Of a DNA stretch of 64,000 nt, positions 62,496 to 64,000 are shown in pieces; the first letter of the stretch is position 1; each line of letters starts with the position of its first letter. The DNA is from Tubiluchus corallicola (lineage: Eukaryota > Animalia > Priapulida), in the NCBI GenBank assembly GCA_030141605.1, contig JAQGDQ010000346.1:188157-252156 (forward strand), read 5' to 3'. The notes below the pieces were generated by a model. The model saw only the letters and a program-made list of their open reading frames with translations. It was not told the DNA's origin and made no database searches. Position numbers and translations under genes: made by a program.

Positions 62496-62777
62496 TTAAA
62501 TTTATAAATATTACAAATATCCCGTTTTAATGTATTTTAAGTAAAAAATTTATTATTTGGATCTGCTCAAAAAAGAAATTATACGAATTTTTATAGAACC
62601 AAAGTACAGAAAAGAAAGAAAGCAAATCGCCGAAAATTTCACTTCTGATCCACCACCTGCTTGCATGATTTCCTTTTCAATTTCAAGTGCTTGAGGATCA
62701 CAAGAGACTTTGGGAGCCAGCTAGTCGATCTTGGCGTCTTATGTGCGGCTTATAGCAAAAGACGTCAACCAACCTTA

Positions 62778-64000
62778 CGGCGCATTCAGAGTAGCGAGTT
62801 TTTTCGTCAGTTAAACTTGCCAAATAACTCGCAAGCGCATTACAGTAGAAAGCAAAAAATTGCTGCGAGTTACTCTCTCTATTCACCGCGAGAAATGTCA
62901 CGACTCGAGAGTAACTCGCAGAGGCGTTCACACTAAAGTCTAGACAGTAAATCATCTCGCAGCAACTGCCGGAGAGTTTGTGACAGTCTCAACGTCCCAT
63001 TAGAAGTTTGTCACAATAATGGGGAACGTACAACTGCTTCGTATTATAATACGCTTTTGTGCACTTCTTCTTTTCATTATGTTTGAAGTGAAAACACCAT
63101 TGTGTTTTAGAATCAGTCTGAAGTGAACATCGCTACATCAACTTCAACATGTATTTTAGCTATCACAGAATGAATTTAAATAATGATGTTGTAGGTGACA
63201 CGCGAGACTTTATTGTGGGTGCAAAGCATAAGAGCGATAAGCGCGGCATGTGCATTGACAAATACTTCTGCAAGTTGAAATTTTTTTATATATACTTCAA
63301 CCAAGACCTTTAAATAATGAGGCGTATAGTGTCTAAGGGGCAGCAAACTCAATTAAGTGAACAAACGTGATACGTCTACTCGATGTAGCTGTCGTCCACA
63401 GAATAATTTTGCGTTTCACTATAATTAATGCTGTTAATAATGTTGTCAGTTAAGTGGTAGGGCCTAAATACTTTTGGTATGGGCACTAAACGTTTATGCC
63501 AGTGCGCTTGTCTCATAAGCAAAAATTATCAATATCCATAATATCCTTAAAAGTAGTTGTAACTCATGGACTTATATTACAGATCATGGAATGAACTCAC
63601 ACCTTATATTACAGATCATGAATGCACTCACAACATTTTTCTTCGAAAATCCAAACTTGGCCAGAAATAAATAAAAGAAATAACAAACGTAAACCTAAAT
63701 TTTAAAGCAAACATAATGAAAAGAAGAAGTGCACAAAAGCGTATTATAATACGAAGCAGTTGTACGTTCCCCATTATTGTGACAAACTTCTAATGGGACG
63801 TTGAGACTGTCACAAACTCTCCGGCAGTTGCTGCGAGATGATTTACTGTCTAGACTTTAGTGTGAACGCCTCTGCGAGTTACTCTCGAGTCGTGACATTT
63901 CTCGCGGTGAATAGAGAGAGTAACTCGCAGCAATTTTTTGCTTTCTACTGTAATGCGCTTGCGAGTTATTTGGCAAGTTTAACTGACGAAAAAACTCGCT
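62778..64000. mobile_element. Young non-autonomous DNA transposon with long TIRs (probably PIF/Harbinger), cut by the window end
   Basis: 62793-63085 is the reverse complement of 63708-64000 with no mismatch seen; left end tta|cggcgcattcaga resembles Harbinger termini. Confidence 0.8.

Overview
AT-rich, intron-containing, microsatellite- and transposon-rich DNA from an animal (most likely an invertebrate bilaterian; the species cannot be determined from the sequence). Almost all ORFs in the supplied track are spurious. The main content is a minus-strand tandem cluster at ~6.9-19.0 kb, reconstructed by hand from GT-AG junctions with consistent intron phases. Gene A (6 exons, ~483 aa) encodes signal peptide - CBM2-like (cellulose/chitin-binding-type) domain - Kunitz domain with a ~57-aa loop insertion - canonical Kunitz domain - Thr-rich stalk - transmembrane helix - cytoplasmic tail with PPxY, ITIM-like and ITAM-like tyrosine motifs. 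Gene B (4 exons, ~239 aa) has an 87%-identical CBM2-like domain, no Kunitz exons, and a tail that lost the motif tyrosines and is cut short by a frameshift. A decayed third terminal exon lies between them, and both genes share an ETS-CRE promoter block. This looks like a paired signalling/decoy polysaccharide-sensing receptor system; the function is inferred, not shown. The rest of the window has no recognisable intact protein-coding gene. It holds LINE relics (RTE, RTE-X-like), tRNA/5S-derived SINE heads, Kolobok-, hAT-, Tc1- and Harbinger-type MITEs, Penelope-like hammerhead relics, two structured GC-rich islands, a few orphan first-exon/promoter candidates and many simple repeats.
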